DNA of 64,000 nt from the human T2T-CHM13v2.0 reference genome, Homo sapiens, in NCBI RefSeq assembly GCF_009914755.1, contig NC_060929.1; one strand, 5' to 3'. Shown here one piece after another: positions 18,230-33,655 of the stretch. The notes below the pieces were generated by a model. That model was not told where the DNA came from and searched no databases. It saw nothing but the letters and a program-made list of their open reading frames with translations. Numbering within the stretch: the stretch's first letter is position 1; the number at the start of each line of letters is the position of its first letter. Made by a program: the position numbers and the translations under genes.

Positions 18230-18540
18230 TTTTCTTTTCTTTTCTCTTCTTCTTTTTTTATTTTTTATTTTTTTTGAGACAGGGTCTCACTCTGTCACCT
18301 AGGCTGGAGTGCAGTGGCGTGATCAACCTTCACCTCCTGAGCTCAAGTGATCCTCCCACCTCAGCCTCCCAAGTAGCTGGGATTACAGGTGTGTGCCACC
18401 ACACCTGGCTAATTTTTGTATTTTATGTAGAGAGAGGGTTTTTCATGTTGCCCAGGCTGGTTTTGAACTCCTGAGTTCAATCTGCCTGCCTCCGCCTCCT
18501 AAAGTGCTGGAATTACAGGCATACGCCACCGCACCAGCCC
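18230..18540 (-). mobile_element. AluJ-like
   Basis: Alu consensus, diverged. Confidence 0.88.
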
Positions 18541-19504
18541 CATCTTTAGATGGACAGTTATGGGCTCTCCAGCAGGCAAACGAAGGCCTAGCCAAGGGGC
18601 TTGCAGCCCCCTCTGGGGAAGCCGTGGATTTCCTGGGACTTAGCCTATTGCTAGAGACTCGTGGTCCCAGCGCACATCCCTACCAGCGTCTCCAGTGTTG
18701 CCTCTCTCAAAGCACATGCCTGTCTCATAAAAAGATATCAGCATTAGTGCTGTCAGGACCCTTCACATCACTGCAATTAATGAACCCCACAGTCTCAAAC
18801 ATCCTGTTTCCAACATTTTGATAATAGTACCCTGTTTTCTTTTGGAAGGAAACCCAGGTTGGATTGATTAACAAATACAATCATTATTTAACCTCAGAAC
18901 TTGGTTTTGAAATTAATTTACAATAAAAGAAAAACTCCTCACTAAATAATCTGTCTAATTACATGTTAAGGACTCAGAATGGAAAACATTCAGGAACACA
19001 AAAGACCCAACCAAGCTCATTAGCTCTGTTTGCCTCTAACTTATCTCTATGGCAACTCACAGAGGGTCCAGGGAAAAAAAGGTTTTTAAAATTAGATCAT
19101 CAAGAACTTCATCCAGAACAGCCACAACACAAAACTCTTTCAAAAAGCCTTTGGTTGTTGAAATGGTGAGGGCATGTTTCCTGATCACAGATGAGCACAG
19201 GCGTAGGGGAGCCTCTTCCTGGAAGCCCTCGGCCACCTCGGTTCACCCTGTAGAGGTCATTTCAATGGCTGGAAGGTGCTTGGTCCCGCAGCCCTCACCC
19301 ACGGTGGAGGGGCTGCTGGTGAAGGTGGTGAAAATGCTCCTCTGGACGTGGCGGGGAGAATAGAAGAGTGTGTGTTTTCTCAAAATGAGGCCCACAGACA
19401 TAGAAGGAGCCAGACGTCTAATTTTGCCTGCAACTGCAGCTCAAGGTTCTGAAGGTTTTTCCACTGGGATCCTCACAGTACAAGTCTTGCCAACACAAGG
19501 ATTC

Positions 19505-20160
<656 letters not shown>

Positions 20161-21214
20161 CAAGGATTCCTTTCTTTCAGACCAGTCCTCTGCTAACCTC
20201 TGACAATGCTCCCCTCTCAACCTCCTGGACAGGTGGTTGTGTCCTGGTGGCCCTGACCACCAGCTCCATCTTTATAACATGAAGACCCTTGGCCCCAGGC
20301 CTCTAGGCCTTCTGCATGAGCTGGGCCTGATCTTTTCCTTGGGGCTGTCTGCAGCCTGCACAAGTGAGGGGACTAAGGCCACGGTGACCAGGGCAAGTCC
20401 AGCTCCTACTCTTACCCTGAGGGGCCCTCCCAGAGGGTTGAGTCACCTGGGGAGGGAGCAAAGTGCAAAAGGTCCAAGTTCTAGTCCACAATGGGTAGGA
20501 AAACAAACCAGCTCAGCTGCACCAGATCCAAAGTCATGTTTGAAGGCCTGTAATTTTGAAGGCCGAACCTGTTCAGGAGCAGTGGGCAAGCCAGGCTGGA
20601 CTCCAGGCTCTGATCCTGAAGGAGCAATGAGAAGGGAGACCAGGCGCCGCTGGGGCTGCACAAATACTGGGTAAAATTCTGACACAGAGGAGAAACGGAG
20701 ACTCATAGAGAGACACTGTAGGAGAGAAGGAAGGCGGGCAGAGAGGTGGACAGGCAGGAAAGGCAGGACTCATTGAAACTTACCAGCTCACAGCCTGTGT
20801 GCTTCAGGTCGAGCACAGACTCTTAAAAGTAGGGCTTTGGGTGGACTGTGATTTAGGCCGTCAAAAAAAGCCAGCATCTGGTTGGGTCTGGCTTGGGGAG
20901 GGTGGCTCCGGCTTACCCTCTGTCACTGCAGAACTGCTCTTCAATGGGACCAGCCTTTTACATTCCCAGAAAGCCCCTCTGCTTCTCAGGGCCCTAAAGG
21001 TGCCGTTTGGGGATGCTAGAGGAGGCTGGAGCCCATGGGGTCCCTCTCACCCGCTTCCTTTCCACTTCCTCCTCTGGCTCATGCTCCTTATCTGACCAGC
21101 CTGGCGCAGTCCGGCACAGCTGCAGAGGGTCAGAGCATCACGTCTGGGGAGTCATAATGAACATGCTGCACGGCCTCCTGGAGGCAGCCTTTCTCACCTT
21201 TCTCAACCACCTTC

Positions 21215-21518
21215 TTTTTTTAACTTTTACTTTTTGAGACAGGATCTTGCTCTGTCACCCAGGCTAGAGGGCAGTGGTGCAATCACAACACGCAGCAGCG
21301 TTGACCTCTTTGGCTTAAGCAATTCTCCCAGCTCAGCCTCCCAAGTAGCTGGACTACAGGCGCATGCCATCATCCCCAGCTAATTTTGTTTTTATTTTTT
21401 GTAGAGACAGGGTCTCCCTAAGTTGCCCAGGCCGGTCTCAAACTCCTGGACTCAAGTAATCCTCCAGTCTCGGCCTCTCAAAGTGCTGGGATTGTGGGTG
21501 AGAGCCACCATGCCTGGC
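21215..21518 (-). mobile_element. AluJ-like
   Basis: Alu consensus, diverged; TSD-like caaccaccttcttt / caactaccttcttt. Confidence 0.88.
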
Positions 21519-22944
21519 CCCAACTACCTTCTTTATCTCCCCAGAACCTATCGTCCAGGCCCAGGGTTGAGACAGAGTGGGAAGGGGTCCATCCCACATT
21601 CCCCAGGCCTCGCTGGTACAGCCTGGCCCCTTGGTTGGTATGGGGTCAATCCAAACACGCCCTGTGAGCCCAGCCTTATGTGGCTGGCCCTGTGCATAGG
21701 CACAGGCAGAGAAAACAGAAGCAGCAGGATGCTTTTTATTTGTTAATCTAGCTTTGATGCCCCACCTCCTTCTCACAAGGAGTGGAGGCCCCTCAGGGAG
21801 TACTAAGTGCCAGGAGTATAGACCCTAGCAGTGGCCTGGGCTGGTCTCCAGGAGGAGGAGGCAGTCAGGGCTCTCCCTGAAAGCAAGCTGGGGTTAAATA
21901 TTTTTAGGGCAGAGGAGGCACAAACCAGCCAGAGCTACCTTCCTTTCTAATCTTACCCAGGCATTAAGCTTTGAGAGTATCCCCCTCATTTACATACATT
22001 CACATTTGATTTGCATACGATGCAAAGAATGGAAAATTCCCCCAGTGCTTAGCCCCAAGATTACAGTCTCTAATACTTTATTCCCACAACCGCGGCACCC
22101 CGTGACAGACAGGGGGTCCTGCCTGTGATCTAGATCTGGGCTCCCTGCAGCCTGGGACCCAGCCTGCAGCCTCCTGCCTAGAGGTAGCAGCTCCTGTGAA
22201 GGGGGTGGCAGCAGCAGACGCAGGCCTAGCAAAACAAGGTACTTTCACATGTGACTCACACCAAGGACCAGAAGCAGAATTACAGTGTGAAAAACCAGAG
22301 CCGGCCGAGACTCCGTCGGGGAATCCCCTCCAGCTCCCTCTCTGTTTCACTCCTTTAAAAAGCCCTGGCCATGGCCCAGCACTCTAGAACCCTCCAAGAA
22401 AGTGCTGTGCCTCCCATCCAGGATGGGCAGGGGCCATGGCACTTCAGCCAGGCCCCTTGACTTTCTCTCTGGGTTCTTGGGCTCAGAAATTACATCTAAG
22501 CAGAGAAAGAGGCAGAAGTGGATTCATCCCAGGGGCAGAGCTGGAACTGGACCTGGGAGCAGTTGCTGCCTTGCAGGCCCCAGGGCTCCATGCTCATATT
22601 TTTCTTGGCCTGGCTTCCTCCTTCTGATCCATTCTCTGAGCTACCCATACACATGCAGCAAACTATTCTGCAAGACCACCAGAGCTGATTTCTGTTGCTT
22701 GCAAGGAGTAATCCCAACGGAAACCAGACATTCTCTGTGATGGCAGGATGCCCTGAAGTCCTTGACGAAGGCCACCTTCAGCTCCTGACACATGTCTGGA
22801 TTTTCTGCCACCCTCAAGGGACCAGCATGGCTTCAAATCCTGCTCCTCTCAGTTTCCAGGGGCCTGACCTTGGGCACTTCCTTTCTCCGAGCCCCTAATT
22901 CTCTCACCTAGAAGATGATGCTGTTAATTAAGAAACACAGGATT

Positions 22945-23209
22945 GGCCAGGCGCGGTGGCTCACACCTGTAATCCCAGCACTTTGGGAGGCCGAGGCAGG
23001 CAGATCACCCGAGGTCAGTAGTTCGAGACCAGCCCGGCCAACATGGTGAAACCCCATGTCTATTAAAAATACAAAAAAATTAGCCGGGCGTGGTGGTGCA
23101 TGCCTGTAGTCCCAGCTACTCAGGAGGCTGACGTTGCAGTGAGCCGAGATCCACCACCGCACTCCAGCCTGGGTGACCGAGCGAGACTCTGTCTCAAAAA
23201 AAAAAAAAA
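22945..23209 (+). mobile_element. AluS with internal deletion in the right arm
   Basis: caggaggctga joins directly to cgttgcagtgag. Confidence 0.88.
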
Positions 23210-23971
23210 GAGTCCTGGCCTGTGAGCTGTTGTGAGCTTCACCGGCGTCGGCACAGGAGGTAATCCGTAAATGTGAGTTAACATTGTTCCTGTCACCATT
23301 GTTATTGCTATTATCCCACCAGCCTGAGTAGCTGTGTCAGGGTAGGGTCGGGACTCCTGACTGCTGGATCACTCTCAGGGACACCTTGTGCCATCCCTCA
23401 CTGGGGTCCTCGTCAGCTGTGTGTCACAGCTGTCACCAACACTGATGTGGGGCTCCAGCAGGAGTTTCAGAACTGCTGAGCAGCTGCCAGGGCTCAGATG
23501 CAGCCTGACCCTCCCATTAGGCCCCGTGTTAGAGACTTCATTCCAAGAGACACCCTTCTAGGAGTCATGGGAACCAACATGCTGGCCAGTAGGCCAGCTT
23601 CGGAGTCCAGGCGAGAACGCTGTCGCAGCTCCCTGGTGACTGGAACGAGACTGCATGCCCATCCTCCACTATTCAGCGGCAGCAGCTGTGATGGGAGGCA
23701 CAGGGGAGCGGTTTCCTTTTGAGGGTCCCGGGTCCAAACATCACCCTGGTTACTTCCCACTCCTGCAGTTGAGAGGCACGGCCCCTTCCAAATCCAGCCA
23801 CCAGGGGGGGTCTGTGAGCAGCCCCCGCCGCTCTGGGGGGACTCTGGGCCTCGCCTGGGCTGAGAGGGGAGGAGGCTGAGGAACGGGCCACAGGGTCATC
23901 CGGGGCCAGTGCAGTGAGTGCACTCGTGGTCTGAATGGAGCAGACTCCCCAGCCCATCCCCCCACCCTCTA

Positions 23972-24330
<359 letters not shown>

Positions 24331-24555
24331 TTAAATAATATTTTTTTAATTACAAAAGCAACTCATGGTCAATTCATGACATGGGTGCTCTGGGTTTTCT
24401 GGTTTGTTTTACTTAGCTGCATGCTTCAATATTTCCTGAGTTTGGGCTATAGGGCAGAGGAGGGTCCCTGCCTCTGGGCCTCAGTTTCCCCTGGGTGCAT
24501 GTCTGGAGGTCCTAGTGTTCTCCTGAGTCTCCCTGAGTTCTCAGGGAGTTGTTAG

Positions 24556-25057
<502 letters not shown>

Positions 25058-28001
25058 CTGGTGTCATTCTTTAACTTCACACCAACTGACACCGTTGTTT
25101 CTCTGGGTGCTCTGGCACCTCCCATGGCAGGAGAGATCGACTCCCCTCTGCAAGGGCCTCATAGTTTAGCTCTCCGCCAGCCTTCAAGCTGGTGCCCTGA
25201 GTACTTCGAGACTTTCTGTGGGCACAAAGGAAAGGCCCAGACAGCATTTCTCACGCTTGGAAATGCAGACACACTGTGAGCCTGTCTCAGGTATGAGTCC
25301 CAGCAGCCAAAGGGTTGTTTTTAAGTGCTTCCCCCCTGCAGATTTGAATCTCATCCTCAAACATAAAACGAAATGTTTACCAGCGCCGCCACACAAGCGT
25401 GAGTAGTTCAGGCACAGGCCAGAACACCACACTATCTTGTAGCAGGAGGAGCGGGGGCAAAAAGCCTTGGGACTTCTGTCCCTCCCCAGTTTGAGGTCCT
25501 AGGAGCAGGGCTGAGCAAGGGGCACTAGGAGCGCTGCTCGGCTCCTAGGTGGAAGTAGAAAGGCAGGCTCATCTCTGAGGACCTGGGGCTTCCTCAGCTC
25601 CTCAGTTCCCACCTTCTCAGAACCAGATGCCAGGCACCAGCCCCAGGGGCAGATTGGAGGGACCCACCCGGCCCACCCTGAGCCCTGGCCTGGGTCCCGA
25701 AATCCACCATGATGGGCAAGTTACGTCACTAGGGCCCAGCCTGCTGCAAATGAGGAAACCCCCGCCCCAACCAAGGGGCTGTGAATTTCAGAAGGGGAGT
25801 TTTTGGCCACAGAACCAGTCCCACAATGAATCAGGGATGAGCAGAGAGGCCCCATGAAAGCCTCATCCCTCATCCCTCATCTGTCTCTGCCATGTACCCA
25901 TTTTCCCAGGCCACTACAAGCCCCAAGAAGGGAGGTGACTTGCTCACACTCAGTGGGTGCAGGGGTGCTGGCGGCTGCCCACAGTGGGTGGGCATCCCTG
26001 AGCGGGTGAGAATCCCGGAGGGAGGGAGAGTGGCTGGATCACTGCACAAAGGGTCTTGTACGTGCAGGGCGAGAGGCACCAAAGCTCCGCTTAGAACAGG
26101 AACAAGAATCTCCAGTTTATAAGGGTGCCCTCTGCCCGAGATGCTGCCCTCTGAGCTAGGTCCACCCTGGGGGCCCCTCAGGCCTGCTGGGGGTAGGGAG
26201 AGGGAGGCAAGGGATGCAGGGTGGGGTTGCTTTTAACCTCCCTCCCCCACCTACCTCCTGCTTCAGCTTTTTCCAAAACCATGGGCCAGGAGGAGAAAGG
26301 GGAGAAAAGGAGAGAAATTCTAAAATTCTAAAAACAAAAGACCAACTTGACCACGATGGGGAAACCCTTTAAGATGTCGGTAATAACAGAGCAGTGAACA
26401 AAGACTAAAAACAGCAAAGCTGACAAGGAAAACCACAGGGGCCCACCAGTGACCCCAAAGCGAGGGGATATACTTTCACCACTCACAACGGATGCACTCG
26501 GAGGAGCTGCCCTGCCACGCCCAATCCCAGACAGCTCTGAAGGCTGCAGTCATGGGGGCAGGGGGTCCCAAGCGGTTCCTTGATACTGTCTCCCGTAAAC
26601 AGCATGCTATTCCCTGCAAGTGAGGCGGCACTCTGACGCCCCCGCCTTGGGACAGTGACTTGGACCCATCTAGCCTACCTCCCGAGAGCTCCTGAGAGCA
26701 TGGCCCTGTCTAGCCCTGGTACCCAGCAGAGGCTGGGAAAGAACTCGCTCCGTGAATGGATGACCATCAGCAACCCTGAGATGCCCCACCTCCACCAGAA
26801 GCTCTGCAGCCCCAGGCTCTGTCCCCCTGCTGGCTGATAACACCACCCCCATTGATATCCCAGGAGCTCCTCTGTGTTAAAGGAGGCCAGGGGAGGCCTC
26901 CAATAACTTGGGGTTCCTGCTGCCCCCCACTATCCTCACAAAAGGAACAGGGCGAGCTCTCTGTAGGCTGCAGAACTATAGTCAGTTTGGAGCCCCAAAA
27001 CTTTGGAGCCCAAAAGTTTGAGTTTTATGACCTGGGCGAGTCACTTCCGCTCTCTGAGCCGCAGTTTCCACGTCTGTAAAATGGGGTTAAAAGACCTACC
27101 TCTCTGGGCTGCTGTGAGGATGAGATGAGATAACACACAGGAAGGTGTTCTCGCTACATGAGTGTTCCCAGTCATTCTTAGGGCCAAGAGGTATTTACTG
27201 GATATCTGCTCTCTGCCAGGACCTGGCTCTGCCCAGGGGACCCAGTCATGAGCAAGACGGAGGAGTCCTGTTGGGACAAAACAGAAAATGAGAGTGAGCA
27301 AAACACCCTAGGCTGCAGCCACCACCCACACCCAGGGAAGCTGCATGGGGACCCGGGTCTCCCAGCTCCTGTGCCTTGCTCCTGGAGGCCATCTGGGGTG
27401 GCCCTGCTCCCTTGGCAGTGCCCCTGCCCAGGCAAACACAGCCAACCCCTCATCTGACTTTGGGAGGTGCCCACACTAGAAACTCCCTCTTTCTAGGACC
27501 CCATGATGGAGCTTACTCAGCTGGAGGGAACAGGGCTGCAGTTTGCCATCGAAGTCACTCAGCAAATTAGTCAGAGGAATCTCTCCGGCCTGAGAGGGAA
27601 GGGGCCCTTCTTGGCCCACCCCTCCTTCCTCTGCCGGCTGATGTGTTGTTGGTCAAAAGTGATCCAGTAGATGCTTCACCTCTGTAGAGAGGCTGCCAGC
27701 CCTGGAATAGGCAGGCCCGAGTGGTGGAGAGCCCCGGTCCTGGAGACAGACCATCCTGAGTTTCAACCTTTGCTCTGCCTTTTACTAGCTGTGTGACCTC
27801 AGGCAAGGAACTTGACCTTCTTGGGTCCACTTTCCCTAATAATAGTCATTCCAAGCTCATGTGGCTGTGGTGAAGACCAAACAAGGTAATTGATGTGAAG
27901 CCCCTTGCATAATACTAGGCATGGGTGAGCTGGGAAGTTAATTTGTGTATATTTGACAAACACAGGACCACAAACTCTTCCAACTACGTTAAAAACAGTA
28001 A

Positions 28002-28349
<348 letters not shown>

Positions 28350-31111
28350 CATCATCCTATCTTACAGATGATACCAAAGAGGGTAAGTGACAAAGAGGGT
28401 AAGTGACTTACGAACCAAAAAAGGGTAAGTGACCTGCCAAAGCCACAGAGCTACCAAGTGGCGGGAGCAAAATGGAAACCCAGGCTCTCTTCTCTCCTAT
28501 TTCTTCCCATCTTTCTCCTTCCAGTTCCTGGTTTTAGAAAAAGTTGAAGCCTGTGAGGGGTGGCTGGCTTAAGAATAATCCCTCCCTCTGGTCTCTGTCC
28601 TCCCTGGCCCCAGAAGGCCTAAGGCTACCAGCCACTCCACTAGGCTGCCTCTCCAAAAAGAAGGTGATGTTGTTGGTATGAGGCCCCCTTGAGATCAGAC
28701 TCTTACAGAGACCACCCCTGCTCTAGCCTCCAGCCCCACTTTGGAGCCAGAGGTGTCCAAACCTTTGCCCTCACACTCACCTCAGAGCCTGCAGCTGGTC
28801 AGATGCCTGCAGTAGGCTCAACCGGGCCAAGCGATGGGCAAAGCCGCACAGGAAGTAGAAGGGACTGCTCACAGCCTCAGAGGGGCCAGGAGGGCAGACA
28901 GCCCCTCCGTGGCTTCCCTCCCTAGAGAGCCCCCAGCCTCTGCTCATACACCTCTGGTGACAGGGAGCTCACTGCCTCTGCTGCAGCCCGGCCGGGCCAT
29001 GGCTGGCCAGCTCTGACTGCTAGACGTGCTTCCTCAAGCCGAGATGAAATCTCTCTGTGTAATTTCCTCCCATTAGTCCTGTCTCTGCCCCCAGGCCCCT
29101 ACATGGCCAGCCGGCTCCTCCAACCTGCAGACATCTGGAGATGGCCATCTCTTGGCAAGAGGAGTCACCACTCAGGCTGAACGTCCTGGCAGCCTCAGCC
29201 TGGCCTCAGAAAGCAGGATTCCTGGTGCCCTCCCCACCCTGGTCCCCACTCTCCACCCATGACCCCTGCAAGATTGCAGGATTGCAAAGGCAGCTGCTTG
29301 CTCAGGCAACAGATGCTACGCACCATGACAGGCCTGGTCCTGAGCTCAGCCCTGCTGCCTGGGAACAATAAGTGACAACAGTCACCACTCAGCAAGTATC
29401 TACTCTGCCCTAGACATTGGGCTAAGTACTCTACAAGCAGGAACTCATCCCATCTTCCCAGCTCTTTGAGACAAATATTACTCTTACCCCCACTTAACAG
29501 ATGAGAAAAAGAAGGCTCCAGGAAGGAGGTGGCTTGCCCAAGGTCCCGCTCACACTGAGTAAGTGGAGAAGCTGATTTCACACCCAGGCTATGAGTTTCA
29601 AGCTCAGCTCTTGACCAACAGAAAACAAAGACACAGTAGCAGAGGGACAGGAGACTCACTCACAGGAAACAGAGGCCAACAGCTCAGGATATGATGGTGG
29701 CTTCAATTCTAAAGGCAATGGGACTCCTGAAAGGAGAAAGTATCTCTGCAGACCTGGGGAGGCGGGGAGGCTTCCTGGATTAGGAAGAGACCAGGAATGG
29801 GCCTTAAAAAGAAAAAGACGCCTCAGACTGCAGAATGCCCAGCTAACAAACGAACTGGAAACCCGTCCGTCCCCACTCTCAACCCCCACCCTGGGAGCCT
29901 GAGGAAACACATTGGACCATTATGCAACAGCCCCATCCCCTGGGCAGAAAGCATTTATTAAGTGCCACAGTATGCTTGGCCCATGTTAGTATCCAGCAGG
30001 GCCACAGATGAAGGTGCCATGATCCCAAGAAGTGAGAATCCATTTGGGCAGGCGGGAGGCCTGGTTAGAGCTGTGGTGAGCAGTGACTACAGGATCTGGT
30101 ACAGGTCCTCTTCAAATTTACCCTGCCCACCACATCCCGTTGCTCCTTCCCCTACTACCCCTGTTGTCCTGGGCTGGAGAGGGGTGAATATGGAATAAGA
30201 GGGTGAGCTTTCCTCGGGGCACTGAGCCAGGAAAGTCTTGAAGCCCCATGCAAGGCAGTGGGTCATATACTGGGAGGTAGTCTATTCTAGGAGAGAGGGC
30301 AGACAGGGAGAGCCAGTGTCCTGGGGAGGGAATACTTGGAGGAATTGTCCTAGGTGGCAGGGGTTGGAGGACTGCAGGAACTGAGACATGAAAAGGTGCC
30401 ATTCTAGGCAAGGTTCAATGGATGGCCAAACTCTCCCCCAGGGCCTAGTTCACCTAGGTCCCAGGGACCCTATGGGGTCAAAGTCCACCATCACCCAGAG
30501 TGTGGCTTACTGCCCCACCTGGAAAAGGCCACATCCTCTTTAATCCCTCTTCTCTCCTAGGCTGACCTAGGACCTCCTTCCTCCAGGAAGCCCTCCCTAA
30601 CTGCCATGTTGTGTGCCATGACATGCATAAAACAGCCAGGAGGGTTTCTGAACCCCTGGCTCCCAGAGCCTCTTTAGCGCCTGATGTCTTCCACAAGATG
30701 GTGAGTTGCCTGACGGCAGGTACGGGGCCTGCTAACTACTTCCTGGATTCTAAGTGATCACTGCTATGGATGATCCATCCTTCCATTCAGCCATCCATCC
30801 AAAAACTTCTGAGCACCGCAGGTTGCCAGTTCTGTGCCAGGCCCTAGGGATAAGCAACAAAGCCCTGTGTAGCCCTGTCTTAAAAAGCGATATTGAATAG
30901 TTCTTTCTCAATAAGACATTCCTCTCTCAGTGTGTCTGAGGCTGTCTCCCCAGGCCACATAGGATTTAGTGCAGGCGTATTCCTCTGTGAAGCTGCAGGT
31001 GACCCCCACGTGAACACCAGGCCTTGGTGTGCTCCACCTTCTGCTGCATTTGTGACGCCGCTTGTCTCTCACCTCTGGTCTCAAGGCCATAAGCTCTTCA
31101 TGGCATCCTTA

Positions 31112-31422
<311 letters not shown>

Positions 31423-33419
31423 GAACTTAGAGGCATCTGCAGCTTCCAGGTGAATTTGGGCCCAAAGAAGGCAGAGGACTGACTTGACTTCACTCGGCAA
31501 GCCAGTGTTGGGTCAGGGACTAGGACACAGGCTGGCACTCCCGACCCCTTGGACAACTGGTACACCTGGCAGCCTAGGACCTGGCACACAGTGGCCACTC
31601 CACGTTTGCCTTCGCTGTCGCCACCTTGGTGTCTCTGACTCTAGACCCCTTCCTGGGGAAATTCAAGCCTAATGTTTCCTTCTGGTGAGGGAACCCCAAA
31701 CCCATTCATCAGGAACAATGGCTGGCACAATGTGGGAAAAATAACCCATGGGAATAGTCCTAACAAGCCCTGTGAAGCTCTGGGGCAGCTCTTCTCATAA
31801 TTTGCCCATCACCTCTCAAGCCAATTTGGCCAAGTTTCCTTAGGATTTCATCAGGAAATATGAACTGCCAATTTTGTTATTAAGTCTTTATTTTAATAAC
31901 AATTCTTGGTTATTGTATGAAGTCCGAGGGATGGAGCAGGAGGGGAGAACCCACAGAAGAGTCCTTCCTTCCTTATGAAGAAAGAACTGACCCCAAAGCC
32001 CCCTTGCTTCATTTTAAGGGCAGCTGCCTGGTACCTGATGCAGAGTAGCAGCATCCCAGCAATTGTGTGTGCTTGCCTTTCTGTAGGTCACAACCACCTA
32101 CATGCACACACATGGACACACACGCCCCAACAAACAGTGAAACTACACAGAGTTTCCAGAAAGCAAACCGTGTTTCTAGTAACAAACCACAGTCTACCTC
32201 TAGGACCTGTGACCGGGTTTTGCCCTGAGAGGATGCTCCATGGGAAGTGCTCCTGCCGAGAGCCAGCAGCCCAGCCTCCCGGCGGCTTTGGGCAAGCCCC
32301 AACAGGATGCCAGGCGGGCTGGTGAGCAGGAAGAGACGCCGCTCACAACCTCTCCTTGCTGTAATTTACTAAATCCATCTGGGGCTCCTTTGAGACGTTT
32401 TCTGGAAATGCCACATTTCAAGGGTCTCCCTGTCAGAAAAGGTCAGAGTTCACGTGGGCCTTTCATGTTAAAGGAGCTTGAAAGAAAAGGAAAGGAAATG
32501 TATATTTTCAGCTTTAGCCATGATTAAGTGGGCTCAGGCCATGAGAACATTCAGATGATTTACATGACGTTACATGAAGAGCCAATTAGCCTAACAACTT
32601 CCGAAAAATATCTCGTTCAAGAGCACCCATTAGACACTTGGAATGCACCAGGCTGCTGTTCTAAGCTCTTCACTAGGGTACAGTGGTTCATCTCGACTGC
32701 ACTCCAACAGAGCAGGGCAGGCCTGCGTATGACATCCATTTAACCTATGGGGAGACTGAGGCTCAGAGAGGGTCAGCAATCTGCCTGGGGTCCCACAGCT
32801 AGTAAGTGGCACGGCAGAGATGGAAACTTAAGACTGCCCAAATCTAAAGCTGGAGCTCATCTGCTCCAACAACCCTCAAGCCTTGGGAGTCCTGACTTAG
32901 TCCTGTTTCCAGCATCTGACTAGTGCAAGCTCATTTGCGTGAAGATGAAGCCTTATTAAATCACCAGCCCTGGCCTGGTCTGGATGAATCCAGAAGACTT
33001 TGGGGCCTCCTTGCAGCTGGTCCTGGTCCTGAAACTCCCCGGTCACCTCCAGGGGGGCAACCACAGCAGATTGCACTCACTACCCTGTGGAAGAACCCCA
33101 GTGTCTATCATCTGTGTATGTGATCTGAGCCAATTCCCAGAACAGGTGGCCTCGGGTGGGCTCAGCAGAGAGATGGTACACACTGAGATCTGTCTGGTTC
33201 AAGGGAGAGATTCTAGGCCCTCTCTGCCAGCAAAGGTCTTGGGCCCCCTATACAGACCACCAAGATGATTCCCTAATCCTGTTGATGGCCCCCTTCATGC
33301 AACATGAGCCACCCAGAAAGTCAGGGCTCCATATTAGTGACAGCTTATTTGTCAGCATTTGTCTGCCAAGACCACAAGGCAGATAAGGACTCCCTCTGGA
33401 ATTTTATAATGGAACACTA

Positions 33420-33655
33420 GAGTGTGATAGTTAGGATGTGGGCTCAGGAGTCAGACTGCCTGGGTTTCAAATTCTGACACCTTCATTTTCAAGCTGTGAG
33501 AACTTAGGTGACTTCATCTCTCTGAGCTTCAGTTTCCTCATTAGTCAAATGGGGATACGAGTCCCTATGTCACAGGGTTGGTGTGATGATTAAATGAGAT
33601 AATGTGTGTGAAGCTCTTGACAGGATGCCTGGCACATAGTAATCACTCAGTATAT
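33420..33655 (+). mobile_element. MIR (near full length); further MIR remnants at about 5540-5760, 13700-13830, 27030-27180, 27720-27930, 29390-29610, 44610-44760, 48560-48700 and 53760-53950
   Basis: ggagtcagactgcctgggtttcaaatt...ctctgagcttcagtttcctcatt...gattaaatgagataatgtgtgtgaag...cctggcacatagtaa. Confidence 0.8.

Noticed and set aside
33044-33059. CTCF-like CCTCCAGGGGGGCA
   Set aside because: Spacing is one base off the consensus; weaker than the 62277 site
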